A stretch of 64,000 nucleotides of DNA, from the NCBI RefSeq assembly GCF_009914755.1, contig NC_060926.1, one strand, 5' to 3'. The DNA comes from the human T2T-CHM13v2.0 reference genome, Homo sapiens. Positions 30,658 through 45,119 of this stretch are shown piece after piece. Position numbers and translations under genes: made by a program. Positions within the stretch are counted from its first letter, which is position 1. Every line of letters starts with the position of its first letter. The notes under the pieces are model-generated. The model saw only the letters and a list, made by a program, of their open reading frames with translations, did not search any database and was not told the origin of the DNA.

Positions 30658-32384
30658 TAAAAATAATTATATAGTATGTACCCTTGTATCAAGTTTTGTT
30701 TACTGTACAGAATGCTTTTGAGATACAGCTAGACTATTGTATTTATGCATAGGTTTTTATTTATTTATTTATTTATTTATTTATTTTACTAGTTTTGTTT
30801 TGCCATTCATGACTTGATGGGTATTTGGGTTGTACCCAATTTGGGGCTGTTATGAATAAAGTTGCTATAAATACTTATGTATACATCTTTGCCTGAGCAT
30901 AAGTTTTCATTTCTCCTGAGCAAATTCTTAGGGGTAGGGTTGCTGACTCATGTAGGCAGTATATATTTAACTTTCTAAGAAAATGGTAAACTGTTTCCCA
31001 AAGTGGTTATATGTTTTACATTGTCTACAGAAGCATAGAAGAGCTCTAGTTTACTATACATCTGCTCTGGCACTTCATATTGTCACTCTCAAATTTTAGC
31101 TCTTTTAGTATGCATGGAGTTTTATTTTGTTGTTTGAATTTTCGTATTTCTAGTGACTAATGAGTTTGAGCATTCTTTAACATATTCACTGGCTATCTTA
31201 ATATTTTTATGGTGAAGTATTTGTCCAAGTCTTTTGCTCATTTTTAAACTGGTTGGTTATTTTTACTATTGAAGTGTAGCAGATTAAAAAAAATATATTT
31301 TCGATACAAGTTCTTTGTTGTACGTATGTACTAAGAATGTTTTATTCCAAACAATGGTTTGCCTTTTGAGGCACAAGATTTTAAAATTTGATGAAATTTA
31401 TCAATATGGTTAGTGTTTTCTGTTGAATAAATATTTGTAAATTTTTAGAGAAGATAATTTCCTGTATTTTATTCTAGATAATTTAAATTTATAGTTTCTA
31501 TATTTAGGTCTTTGATCCATTTGGCAGGGATATAATTTTCATGTATAATATGAAATGGGGGGGTGAAGCTCATTTTTTTCCCCATATGAATATACAGTTG
31601 TTCTAGCACTATTTGTTAAAAATATTTTTTTTCCCAAATATTATCTTGGCGTTTTGTTGAAAATCAATTGATCCTATGTATGTGGTTCTAGTTCTAGAGC
31701 ATATTCTATTCAGTTGATTTATTTTTTTATTCGTATGCCTATACCACTTTTTTTTAAACTATTGTAGCTATAGAACAAGTCTTAGAATAAGCTACTGTAT
31801 CTCTATCAACATTTTCCAGATTGTTTTAACTCTGAGTTTTTTTGAATTTCTAAAAATGAATTTGAATCAGCTGGTCATTTTGTAGAAACATTTCTGTAGG
31901 ATTTTGTCTGGCATTGTTTCTGAGTTTATATAGCTATCTGGAGACAAATAAAATATTAATACTGAGAGTTTCAATTCAATTGTTTAGGTCTTCTTAAATT
32001 TCTCTCAATATTCTTATAATTTTAGCATACAGTTTCTATAGATTTTTATTAAAGTAATTTCTATCAATATTGTAATAATAATAGGATGCTATCACAAATA
32101 GTATTTAAATTTTGTGCTACTGTAAATGGTATTTTAAAGAAGTTTATTTTCCAGTTTTTAAGTGATTAGTATATAGGACCATAGATAATTTTTGGACTTT
32201 TCAGCTTCTGATCTAATTTTATTAATTCTAATAATTTATTTGATATATATTTTATGAATATCTATGTAGTCAAACTACATGCAGATAATGAAAGTTTTTG
32301 CTTCTTCCTTTCCAATCTTCATAGCTTTTTTCTTATCTATTGCTCTGGTATAAAGATATACAGAAGTGGTAAGAGCAGACTTCA

Positions 32385-34539
32385 TTTTTTTTTTTTCCAC
32401 CAAGATTTTTATTTACCCACCTTTCTGCTTTCTTTTAACATTATAAACATTGTAGGCCAAATTATTCTCTGATAGGAACCATCAGGTTACAAAGTGGTGG
32501 CAGATCTCTGCCAGCTTTTATGTTTTTATGGCCCCTCTCAACCTCTGGCTGTCACTTCTCTGTTCTTTCTCAGTTGCCCCTTAACAGTCTATTCTAATCC
32601 CTGTAAAACAGGGACTAAAAGTACTAACCTCATTGTTATGAGGTTTAAGAGAAGGCCCAGCACTAAGCCAGTCTCTCAGGAAAATTCGATCGACAGATCT
32701 TCTTTGCCCTTCAATATAGCTCTTTCTCATCTGTCATGGGCTGAGGAACCACTGGACCTGTCAACCAAGCACACAGGTATAAGTCCATAGACCAGGTGAA
32801 GGCCTAGATGACAAAATACACGGGCTTTGTGACTCCACTACTGACTGAGACTAAGGAAGGACTGACTTAGTGGGCAGTTCTAAGACCACTGAGCTCATGG
32901 TTCCCTGTGGCTGGGACCTCCATCATGACCGTGGCTTCTGGAGGGGCCTCTCAGTTCCCGCTGCCACTCTTGGAACAGTATGAGGACTGCAGCAGAGGCC
33001 AAAAACTGAGTGACCGGCCCCAGAGAGTCGATGGGGGACACTGACAAACGAATCACAAAGTTGGTGCCATTTGCTCTTAGGGAGGAGAGGCGGGGCCTGG
33101 GCAGGGACAGCGGCTGAAAGGTGAAGCGCAGACCGGGTTCTCAGTAGCGGTAGTGATCTGGCTTGAAGGGGCAGTAACAAGACATGCCCAGGTACTGGGC
33201 CTGCTTCTCAGTCAGCTTGGTCAACTTCATGTTCAACTTGCCCAGGTGGGCTTCAGCCACTGACTCATCCAGCTTCTTGGGCAGGAAGTGAACCCCAACG
33301 GGGTACTTGTCTGGGTGGGTCCACAGCTTGATCTGCGCCATCACCTGGCTGGTGAAGGAGTTACTCCTCACGAAGCTAGGGTGACCCATGGCACAAGCCA
33401 GGTTAACCAGCCGACCCTCAGCCAGCAGGATGATGCCCCGCCCATTCTTCAGCCGGTACGGGTCCACCTGCAGCTTGACGTTCACCTTCTCCACAGTGTT
33501 CTTGTTGAGCCACTTGACATCCATTTCCACATCAAAGTATCCAGTGTTACACACAATGGTATCATCCTTCGTCTGCTCAAAGTGCTGGCCAAGGATGATG
33601 TCAACACAACCTGTGGTGGTGACAAAGACGTCGCCCTCCTGACAGGCCTCATCCATGGTAGTCACCTCATAGCCCTCCATGGCAGCCTGCAGTGCCTTGA
33701 TGGGGTCAGTCTTGGTGATGATGACGCTGGCCCTGAAACCCCGCAGGGCCTGGGCACAGCTCTTGCCCTTATCGCCATAGCCTGCTACCACCGCTACCTT
33801 GCCGGCAATCATCACGTCTGTGGCCTGCTTGATACCACCTATGAGGGGCTCCCACAGCCATAGAGGTTGTCAAACTTGCTCTTGGTGGCGGAGTCATTGA
33901 CATCGATGGCAGGCACCTTCAGAATCCCATTGACCATCATCTTGTACAGGTTGTGGACCCCGATTGTGGTCTCTTTGGATATACCTCGGAAGCTCAGCAG
34001 GAGCTGCGAGTACTCGCTGTGGATGAGGTTGGTAAGGTCGCCCGTCTTCCAGAATCATGTTAAGGGGCCCGTCCTTGAGGTACATCATCTGCTCAATGCA
34101 CCACAGGTACTCCTCGTCTGTTTCGCCCTTCCAGGCATGCCAGCCTTGGCAACGGCAACACTGGAATGCCAGTGCTGGCTGAAATGCCAGCTTTGGCAAT
34201 GGCAGCAGCCGCATGGTCCTGGGTAGAGAAGATGTTGCAGCTGGACCACTGCACCTCAGTACCCAGGGTGATGAGGCTCATTAGGACGGCAGTCTCCACG
34301 GTCCTGTGCAGACAGCCAGGGATGCGGGCGCCGTTCAGTGGCTTGGAGGCGGAGTACCGCTCCCATATGCGCATCAGGCCTGGCATCTTGTTCTCTGCAA
34401 TGTCCAGGGCCTTGCGTCCCCAGGCTGCGACTTTGTAGGGCAGTTTGTCAGACATGCTGGTGGCGCTCGTGATGGGCACGGGCGAAGGGGGCTGGGCCTC
34501 AGTCTGGGGACAGGCACTGGGCGGTCGGCGCCGGGCAGG
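32385..34539 (-). pseudogene. AHCYP4: AHCY (S-adenosylhomocysteine hydrolase) processed pseudogene, near full-length mRNA copy
   Basis: [10 protein letters not shown] starts at 34455 and PFKPDHYRY ends at the stop 33141-33143. Intronless, frameshifted in the N-terminal half. AATAAA on the minus strand at 32408-32413, poly-T 32385-32396, TSD core aagagcagac (32371-32380, 34542-34551). The numbered symbol is from memory. Confidence 0.96.
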
Positions 34540-36211
34540 GCAAGAGCAGACATTCTTGCCTTGCTCACTTGGTCTTGGGAGAAAGAGTTCAACGTTTCAA
34601 CATTAAATATGATATTAGCTGTAGGTTTTTCATACATGCCCTTTATCAGGTTTGTTGAATGTTGTCACATATTTTTGCTGCATGAATTGAATAACTTATA
34701 CTTTTTCTAATCTTCTGTTAATGAAGAGAATTCCAACTATTAATTTTTGGATGTTAAAACAAACTTGCATCTTGGGATAAACTCCACTTGGTCGTTATGA
34801 ATTATCCTTTTTATATATCATTGGATTTTATTTCTTAATATTTTGTTTAAAAATTCCTCCATCATGATTGTGGTCTGTGATTTTTTCTTGTAATATCTTT
34901 GTCAGGTTTTGGTATCAGAGTTACATTATTCGTATGAAATGAATTAGAAAAGATTAATTATTTTTACACATTAAATAAAATTTATCATTGAATACATCTG
35001 GACTTTTAGTTTTTAAAATTTTTTTGTGGGAAAGTTTTATCGTGATTTCTTTATCAGATAAGTGGCTATTTTATTTTTTTCGTTTTTGTGTCAGTTTTGC
35101 AAAGTGCATTTTACAATAACTTTATCCAATATATAGTAATTCAAATTCACTGAATAAAAGTATTTTTCAGTAACATTTCATTGTGTTTTTAATGTTTCTA
35201 GGACACAAAATGATATACCATATTTTATTCTTTGGGTTGATAATTTGTGTTTCCTTCCTTTTTATCCCCTGGTTCGTCTAGCTAGATATATGCCCCCCTC
35301 CCCTTTTTTTAAATCCTTTTGAAATTAATTTTTTGTCTTTTTATTTATGATGCTATTTGTTTTTTCCTGCTATATGAATTTCTGCTCTTCTATTTGTTAC
35401 TTCTTTCTCTCTGCTTATTCCTTATTTAATTACACTTATTCAGGCTTTTTAAGTGGAAAATCTAGATAGTTGATTTCACATCTTTCTGCTTTTCTTTATT
35501 TAAAGTGATAGATTTTTACTTTTATAACTGTTTTAGCTACATCCTATCCATTTCGTCTTTTGTATTATCATTTTGGAATAATTCTAAACTCACTTTTGAT
35601 TTTTTCTTTGATTCACTGGTTACTTAAAAGAGGGTTATTTTCCATACTTTTGAGATTTTTCTGTATATCTCAATGTTATTGATTTTTATTTTAATTTTGT
35701 TGTGTAAGAGAACAAATATATTTTAAATAATTTCAAGTTTTCAAAATTTCCTGAGGCTTATGATATACCCAGTATAGGGTATATTTTCGTGGTTGTTCCA
35801 TGTGATTTGAAAAGAATGTGTATTTTGTCCTTGTTTGGGTATAATATTCTATGAATATCAAATTGTTTTGATTTGTTTATTCAAATATTCTTACTAACTC
35901 ATACTGTGTGTGTATGTGTACTTGTTCTATCAAGTACTAAGAGATGTAAAAATATTCTTTCATTGCTATCAAATTTTGCTTCATGTATTTTGAAGCTTTT
36001 TTATTATAGATATTTTAGATATACATTTAAGATTATTTTGACTCTTTTATCCTTTTGAAATGACCCACTACTTGCCTTGAAGTCTAATTTGTCTGACATT
36101 ATTACAAATTCACAGGATTTCTTATGGTTAGATTTTGTGTGGCATATTTTGTTCATTTTCTTTTACTTAATTTTCTTTCCCAGTATGCTGTCAATGTCTT
36201 TATTTAAGTCA

Positions 36212-36592
<381 letters not shown>

Positions 36593-38704
36593 TTATTTCC
36601 CCCCTTTATTGACTTTTCCCCCCACATTCATACAATGCTAAATTAATGCCAAGGATATTATAGGTACTTAGTATTTATAGCTTTGAGAAACAAAAATATT
36701 TATAGCTTTGAAAAACAAAATGTTTTATATGTTTTCATATATTTAGCTTTTGTGGTATTTTGCATTCCTTCCTGTAGATTCAATTTTCCATCTGGTATAA
36801 TTTTCCTTCATCATGAAGAACCTGCCTAGCATGTTTTAAATGTTGCATTTATGTTGGCAATAGTCTCCCAGTTTTCATGTATTTAGAATTCTGATTTGAT
36901 AATTTTCTTCTTTTGGTCCTTTAAGATGTTGTTATATTTTCTTCTTGTCTCTCTTGTCTCTGATGGGAAATCATCACTCTCTTTTATAATTTATCCCCTG
37001 TATTAGTCTGTTTTTTCTTTAGCTATTTTTATGAGTTTTTTCTTTGTCTTCGTTTAAAGCCATTTTATATGATACTCTTAGATGTGTGTGTGTGTGTTTT
37101 CAATTTATTGTACTTGGTGCTTACTGGCTTTTTTGAACCTCTAAATTGACATTTGTAATCAATTTTAGAAAGTTTTTATTCTTTCTATCTCTATATTCTA
37201 TTTCTATATTTTTTCATTTCTTATTCTTTCTTATTCTATATTCTATGTCTATATTCTTTCATTATTTTAGCTATTTTTTCATTATTTATAAAATGCAATA
37301 CTATGTATTTGACTACTTAATATTGTTACACTTCAATCATTATTTTAAATATTTTTCTTTCTGTGCTTTAGTTTGAGTGATTTTTGCTGTCCTGTTTTAA
37401 GTTTATTTGTGTCCAATATGCTCATAAACACATTCAGTGAATACTTTATTTCAGGTATCTATTTTTTAGCATCAGGATTCTATTTTGGTTTTCTTTTACA
37501 GTTTGCAAATCTCTCCAAAATTGCTTTGCTCATTATGCTTACTATTTTGTATAGATTCTCATACAAATTTATCAGACATTTATATGTTCTTATTTTATAA
37601 TTCTGGCATCTAAACTGTGTATCTATTTTTATTAACTGATTTTCCTCTTGATTATTGGTCTAGAACACATTTTACTGTTTCTTCACATATCTTGTAATTT
37701 TTTTATTGAAACCTAGACATTATGTATAAAGAAAACTAGAGACTGAAGTGGACTATGAGGTTGCAGGAGTAGAAACCCATAAAACTTTGAAAATGAGAGA
37801 CAGTGAGCTTACAAAACATGAGGCCATTCACATTGTACCTGCACATAGAATGTCCATAAAATTTTAAAAGTCACAGTATTGAGGCTTGTCTGATCCTATT
37901 TTAATGATTCCTAAAATTTCAGTTGAATAATGAAGTTATCCCTACATTTTCACCTATAGCAGTCTCTAATGAAGAAGGAACTTATCTTGAGTGAAGAAAG
38001 AGTTGACATAAAAGGCTTAACGAGTAGTTATCTACAGTCATGCATTGCCCAATGATTGGGATATGTTCAGAGAAATTCATTCAGAACAAATGAACCATTT
38101 TGAGTTTGATATCTCAAACTAGTTGCTATTTTTCCCACACACAAAAAATAGAAGAACTGTATGCCATTGTGATTGTACTCCTCATGAGACACGAACCAGA
38201 GATTTTTGGATTAGAAAACACTACCATGAATTTATTGTGCTCCGTGGCTAGTGTAACCTGAAAAAAGAATGAATATAGACCCTGAAAAAAAGGGGCTAGA
38301 TCTGACTCTACCACAGAGACATTGAGACATTTTGTAGTGATTTGCTTCTTATTCTTGACAATATGATGATTAGAGCGCATAATCATAAACTGCCAAGATG
38401 CATGCTTTGTTTGATGGCAGGAAAAGATTGAATTATTTCTCTGGAAGGAAGATCAGGAAAAGAATGAGCTGCTGCAATTGTAAATGTCATTACTTATGGA
38501 GAGCCAGAGGAAAGTGTTCAAAGTGGTCATGAAAGCCAATGTACCAATTAAGTAAAGATCTTGAGGTGAAGAAGTAAATGGAGACTAAATGGCTGCGAAG
38601 CATGAGAAGCAGGCCATGTGCACTTAGGAAACATTGAGCAAAGCAGTTCCATCAGTTGTTTATTCTTGCCTCAGTCTTAAACATTAAAGGATTCAATTGT
38701 AAAT

Positions 38705-39332
38705 TCTTTTTTAAACTATTATGGTATAAAATTAATTAATGTAAAAATGTGTGTCTTTACCATGTACAACATATTTTGAATTATGTAAACATTGTGGATT
38801 GGCTAAACAGAACTAATTAACGTATGTGTTATCTCACATTATGTATCTTTTTTTGCGGTAGAAAACAAAATCTACTCTGTTAGCTATTTTTAAGAGTATA
38901 ATACATTGTTGTTAACTATAATCACCACTTATTCCTCCTATCAAACTGAAATTTTATATCCTTTGACCAAAATCTCTCTGACTCACTCCCCATCCCCTAC
39001 CCAGCCCCAGATAACCACCATTGTACTCTCTGCTGCTATGAGTTCAACTTTTAAAAATTCCACATACAAGTGAGATTATGTGGTATTTGACTTTTTGTCC
39101 CTGGCTTATTGGGGTTAATATAATGTCCTCCAGGTTTATCCATGTTGTTGCAAATGACAGAATTTCCTTCTTTTTTGAAGGCTGAATAGTGTTCTATTGT
39201 GTAAATATACACCACATTGTCTTTATCCATTCTTATGTAGAGAGACACTTAGTTTGATTCCATATCTTGGCTGTTGTAAATAATACTTTAATGAACATGG
39301 GAGTACAGACATTTCTTTGGCAGGTTGATTTA
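38705..39332 (-). mobile_element. L1MA 3' end
   Basis: accaccattgtactctctgc...aaaattccacatacaagtgagattatg...tccaggtttatccatgttgttgcaaatgacagaatttcc. Confidence 0.85.
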
Positions 39333-41598
39333 ATTATAAATCCTGTGAGAGACTGTCTGCTTGGACCACAAAATGTGCCTCACATTATTTTCTGGGGAGG
39401 CGACAAAAACTTCTCTGCCCTGTATTTCACAGTTACAGGATATTTACCTGATGTTGGGGTGACAAGGACAGAGTTGGAGAGGATGTCAGGACATTATTCT
39501 TCTTTGATGCTGTATATTAACTTCTCCATTATTCCCACTGAGGTGAATGCACAAATATTACAAATAAATTCAAGCGTATTTTTGCTTAAGTTCTCTGGTG
39601 ATACATTCAAATTGCAAAGAGGTAGAGGCCATGCAAAACCATGTTTTGTGGTGTGCTGTGTCACTGTGGCTCTCATTCCCCATTTGCACTGTATGAGAAG
39701 ACATGGCCTCATTGCTCTGACCTGTTGGAAGACCCTCATTGTCATTCCACAGGTAAGCCCTTAGAATCCTCTTCTTTCTTCTTTGTTACAACCATCTTCC
39801 TCTAGCCTGTGACCTCCAGACCATGGGTTACATAATAAAGTGTCCCTCTATTAGCTTGACAACAAATGACACCATAATCAATTGTTCCTTCCCAACACCT
39901 GGATTTTTTTTCTCTGATATGAGTGGTGAAGGTGGGAAGGACATTTCATCCTTCCACATGGGCCAGTTTTTCCCCATGGCCTAGAGTCTCCTTTAGTACT
40001 GCCTTATCCTTGAACATATTTCCTCTTAGATCCTTTTCCTGACCAAACTCTTGATTGAGTTGTATTTGCTTATTTATTTAGGCCCCTCATAGTGTAGCTA
40101 TGCATATTTATCTAGTCATTTCTATGTTATTTATATAGTTATTTTTAGTATGACCTGAAACAAAATATCTGCTCTTTGAGCTGTTTTTCTATTACCAGTA
40201 GGGAAAGCCTGAGCTTATCCTTCCATACCTTCTTGCCTAGTGCCCAAGGCATATATTTAAAGGGAATGTACCAAGGTTAAAGGAGTAACTTTTGGTTTCT
40301 GTAAAAGAGTTTTTGGTACTTATACAAAATGAATCAATGAACTAACACTATTTAATGAGAATTTACTCGACCCTGAGTTTAATATCTTTTGCACTGTCCT
40401 CAGTTCTGTTAAATTGATCTAACTCAGGATTCCCCTTTTTGATGCATACGGTGGCCTTGCTGAGAGTAATATTGAATATTAAAAAACTTTGTGCTGGATA
40501 CCTGAGAAAGAAAATTCTGAACTTCTTCATAACTAAAAATTACAAAATTTTGTATATATATCTTGACTGCATTGTGCAGAGAACCAAGGGAGGGTAACAG
40601 AAAGGTCTCAAGTTTATTAATGAAGCTAAATATGTTTGTGATGAAAGTCAACCCTACAGCCAGAATTGATGCTGGAAATAGAACTAGCGTTGAAGTGGGA
40701 GATAGAGCTGAAAAGAATATTGTGACTTGTGCTACTACTTGTCATAATGTAATGGAGAGGACCCAGTGAAATAACTAGTATAATTACCTGCTGAGAGAAT
40801 GGACTATATTATAATTATACCAGAAAGAGAATCACATGCAGTTTTTTTAGACTCCTTAAATCAGAAAAATTACCACCTCAGCTGGACATTTCCCTAAGGT
40901 CTATGAGTCTTTTCATTGCCTAATCAAACTCTCTCTTGCTGAAGTTTAACATAATATACCTAATAGGTGAAATCAGGACTGCAAAGCCAGATTTTCTGGG
41001 TCTAAATCCTGGCTGTTTCACTTATTAACTGGATGCTCCAGTTCTGCAAGTTCTCTGTTTTATTTTTAACAGAATTTAAGACAACATTAAATGTTTTATT
41101 TTATTTTAGTGGTATTTTAAAACAACTTTAAAGGGTGGGTACAAAAAGCAAATTAATAGATACATGTAAATTACTTGTAGCACCCCTTGGCATGTATACA
41201 TGTATTGAGGGCTTTGTCAGTGTTCACATTTTTATTGCACATTTTTTTCCAGGTGAAAGAAATCAACATTTCATTCCCAAGTTCTCATATAATATCACCT
41301 TTAAGCAAACACTATCTTTTATTAAAAGGTCAAATCTTAACGAGTCTGAGGAGAATGGCTTCGTAATTCTTGGAGACTGTTTACCTTCCCTTGGTAGCAA
41401 TTCCATTAAATGGAACATATGCCACCTCTTTGACAGACAAGAGCTGAAAGAACGAACTTCCTGCGGAATACAACACAAGGGTTTTGTTAACAGTCAAATA
41501 AGAAGCTCTTGAATCAAATAGAACAGAAAGAAAGAGAGAAATTTATGAGAATTTGAAAATAGAAAAGTGAGACATTTTTGGAAAGGCAGAGAAAAAGA

Positions 41599-41600
<2 letters not shown>

Positions 41601-41640
<40 letters not shown>
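41601..41640. repeat. (GT)20 microsatellite
   Basis: Perfect dinucleotide run, directly visible. Confidence 0.97.
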
Positions 41641-41642
<2 letters not shown>

Positions 41643-43377
41643 ATATGTTCAGTTATTAGGTTACTAGTCTATAACACTGTTTTTTCCCTTGAGAATAGTT
41701 TCCTAAATATATGATGAATTTCCAGCATGGCCTAATTTTGTGGAGCATATTCATACACAGAGAAAAACTCTACTTCAGTGTTTGTTTTATTTGCTCAAGG
41801 TCTTATTCTCTGAAATAGGAATGCAGGATATTGGTGTGGCATTCCTATGTTACAGATCCATCCTGGCCAGCGGGTCATAATTTCCTCTGTTCCATTTGGT
41901 CCATGACTCCCTTGTGTCACAGGAAGGTAATGTTTGAAATGCATCACCTTGATGGCGCACTCTGTCACCCTGCAGCAAAACTTTTCACTCACGAGATAGC
42001 ACTTAATTCATATGTTCTTTCCAATCAATTTAAACTTTCAAAAAAATCAAATATTGTTTTGCACGACACAGGTGATATTCATGAACTTATTACCCCTCTC
42101 AAAGGCCATTTCTCTTGGCAGCTGCTTTACACTGAATAAAGATGAGGCTTCTTCACTCCATCAATTGAGACTAACATCAGTGCAGCTGTGTCCTATTGAG
42201 GCTGAAAAAGTAAAAATGAGATTAATTTTTCAGTGAGTTAGATTCATCTATAGAGAACATAGAGACAATTTAGGCCAGACAACTTTGTTTTAGAAGGTTT
42301 CACACCTCTACACTATTAACAAAGTTGCTTCCATATTTAACTTTCATTTTGACTAAACCCAAAGGGTTAGACATTTTTTCTTCTTATTAGAATTGATGGT
42401 CTGTGTTGCACAGGGCAGACAGCTCAGTTGATTTTTACTTAGTGTCAATTACATTTGGTCTAAGGCCATGAATCTCACCCTGGAGATACATCAGAATCAC
42501 CTGGGGAATAGGAACGGTATAAAAAACTCAGGAAACATTGTCAATGTGTTTATTTTTTTATATTCATACTTTTCTCTGAATGCTTGCTTATGCAATGACA
42601 TATTCATTTATCAGAGCCAGATTTCTGCAGACACTGGAAATTAAAATAAAATAGGACAGATTTCTTGGTTTTAAGAAGCTTACAGTTGACTGACAGGGAA
42701 ACTAATAAAAAGGCAATTTCAATGCATGGTTCTTCTTAAATTATGTGAGAAAAAGGAGATCTTCTAACCTGGTGGCACAAGACATACATTCGGTGAGGAG
42801 GGAGGCTTACTGGACGAAGTGTCCACTTAACTGAATACTGCAGAAAGAAAAGGCGTTAGCAGGATGAAGTAGGGTAAAGGAAATTTCATGAAAAAAGTCA
42901 CATAGCTGGAGCATGAATAACAGTCTTTTTCATGTACTGAAACAAAACAGTTTGATTTTGCTAGAATACCAAATACAAGGAGATGAGTAAAAAGCGATAA
43001 GACTGGAGAGGTAGGCAGGATTCAAGTTTCCATGCACCTTCCATGCCAGGCTTAGGAGGAGAGATATATCCTATAAGTGACAGAAAGCGTGTTAAAGGTT
43101 TTGGGTTTTCATTTTAGATGGCTCCTTCATGCTTCCGATAACATCATGGAAAACCAAACAAATGCAAATATATAAAGCAAACTGGATAATACAGATTAAC
43201 ATATCTCAGACATGGTAGACCCTGGTGGAAAAAAAGTACTTGCCATCAATCAGCAATCTAAATTAAGCACACAGCCACAATATAGGGCCTTATAAGTCAT
43301 AGAAGTGGCCAAAATGGTCATTTCATTAAGGTTGACACAAAGGAGGAGTCCCTTCTGGCTAAAGAGTTTAGAGATGG

Positions 43378-44927
43378 TGTATTAGACTGTTTTCATGCTG
43401 CTGGTAAAGACATACCTGAGACTGGGCAAATTTACACAAGGAAGAGGTTTAATTGGACTTACAGTTCCATGTGACTGGGGAAGCCTCACAGTCAAGGTGG
43501 AAGGCAAAAAGGAGCAAGTCACATCTTACATGGATGGCAGTAAGCAAAGAGAGAGCTTGTGTAGGGCAACTCCTGTTTTTAAAACCATCAGATTTTGTGA
43601 GACCCATTCACTATCATGAGAACAGCAGGGAAAGACCTGCCCCCATAATTCAGTCACTTCCTACTGGGTCCCTCTCACAACATGTGGAAATTATGGAAGC
43701 TACAAGATGAGATTTGGGTGGGGACACAGAGCCAAACCATATCATTTCACCCCTGGTGCCTCCCAAATCTCATATCTTCACGTTTCAAAACCAATCATGC
43801 CTCCCCAACAGTCTCCCAAAGTCTCAACTCATTTCAGCATTAACTCAAAAGTCCACAGGCCGAAGTCTCATCCAAGACCCTTCTGCCCATGAGCCTTTAA
43901 AATCAAAAGCAAGTTAGTTACTTCCTAGATACAATGAGAGTACAGGCTTTGGGTAAATACAGCCATTCCAAATGGGAGAAATTGGTCAAAACAAAGGGGC
44001 TACAGGCCCCATACAAGTCCAAAATCCAGTGGGGCAGTCAAATCTTAAAGCTCCAAAATGATCTCCTTTGACTCCATGTCTCACATCCAAGTCACACTGA
44101 TACAAGAGGTAGGTTCCCATAGTCTTTGGAAGCTCCACCCCTGTGGCTTTGAAGGGTACAGCCTCCCTTCCAGCTGCTTTCATGGGCTGGCATTGAGTGT
44201 CTGTGGCTTTTCCAGGCACATAGTGCAAGCCGTCAGTGGATCTACCATTCTGGGATCTGGAGGATGGTGGCCCTCTTCTCACAGCTCCACTAGGCAGTGC
44301 CCCAGTAGGGACTCTGTGTGGGGGCTCCCATCCCACATTTCCCTTCTGTACTGTCTTAGCAGAGGCTCTCCATGACGACCTCACCCCTTCATCAATCTTC
44401 TGCCTGCACATCCATGCTTTTCCATACATCTTCTGAAATCTAGGTTGTTTCCAAACCTCAATTCTTGACTTCTGTGCACTCATAGGCTCAACACCACATT
44501 GTACATGGATGGCAACAGGCGAAGAGAGAGTTGTGCAGGGCAATTCCCATTTTTAGAACCATCAAATGTGGCACATATACACCATAGAATACTATGCAGC
44601 CATAAAAAAGGATGAGTTCATGTCCTTTGAAGGGACATGGATGAAGCTGAAACCATCATTCTCAGCAAACTAACACAAGAACAGAAACCAAACATCGCAT
44701 GTTCTCACTCATAAGTGGGAGTTAAACAATGAGAACACATGGACACAGGGAGGGGAACATCACACACTGGGGCATGTCAGGGGGTGGGGGGCTAGGGGAG
44801 GTATAGCATTAGGAATACCTAATGTAGATGACAAGTTGATGGGTGCAGCAAACCACCATGGCACTTGTATACCTATGTAACAAACCTCCACATTCTGCAC
44901 ATGTACACCAGGACTCAAAGTATTATG

Positions 44928-44959
<32 letters not shown>

Positions 44960-45119
44960 CCATCGGATCTCATGAGACCTATTCACTATCCAAGAGGAGC
45001 ATGAGAAAGACCCACCTCAATAATTCAATTATCTGCCTCTGGGTCTCTCTTACAACACGTAGCAATTATGTGAGCTACAAGATGATATTTGAGTGAGGAC
45101 ACAGAGCCAAACCATATCA
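43378..45119 (-). mobile_element. THE1C-like MaLR provirus: complete LTR (43378-43744), partial internal region (to ~44500), partial second LTR interrupted by L1
   Basis: Both LTRs end aaccatatca; typical THE1 internal sequence (gggagaaattggtcaaaacaaaggggctacaggcccc); perfect 5-bp TSD gatgg at 43373-43377 and 45120-45124. Confidence 0.92.
44564..44957 (+). mobile_element. Short L1PA 3' end with a (TAA)n tail, inserted in the THE1C LTR
   Basis: aaatgtggcacatatacaccatagaatactatgcagcc...aaagtat(aat)n; TSD core aaccatc on both sides. Confidence 0.92.

Noticed and set aside
33288-34710. Plus-strand ORFs of 84-191 aa
   Set aside because: Antisense shadows of the GC-rich AHCY coding sequence.
39267-39764. 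165-aa ORF
   Set aside because: It starts inside an L1MA at a non-ATG codon and has no recognisable domain.
43986-44543. 185-aa ORF
   Set aside because: It lies in the THE1 internal region and crosses a deletion junction; repeat-derived.
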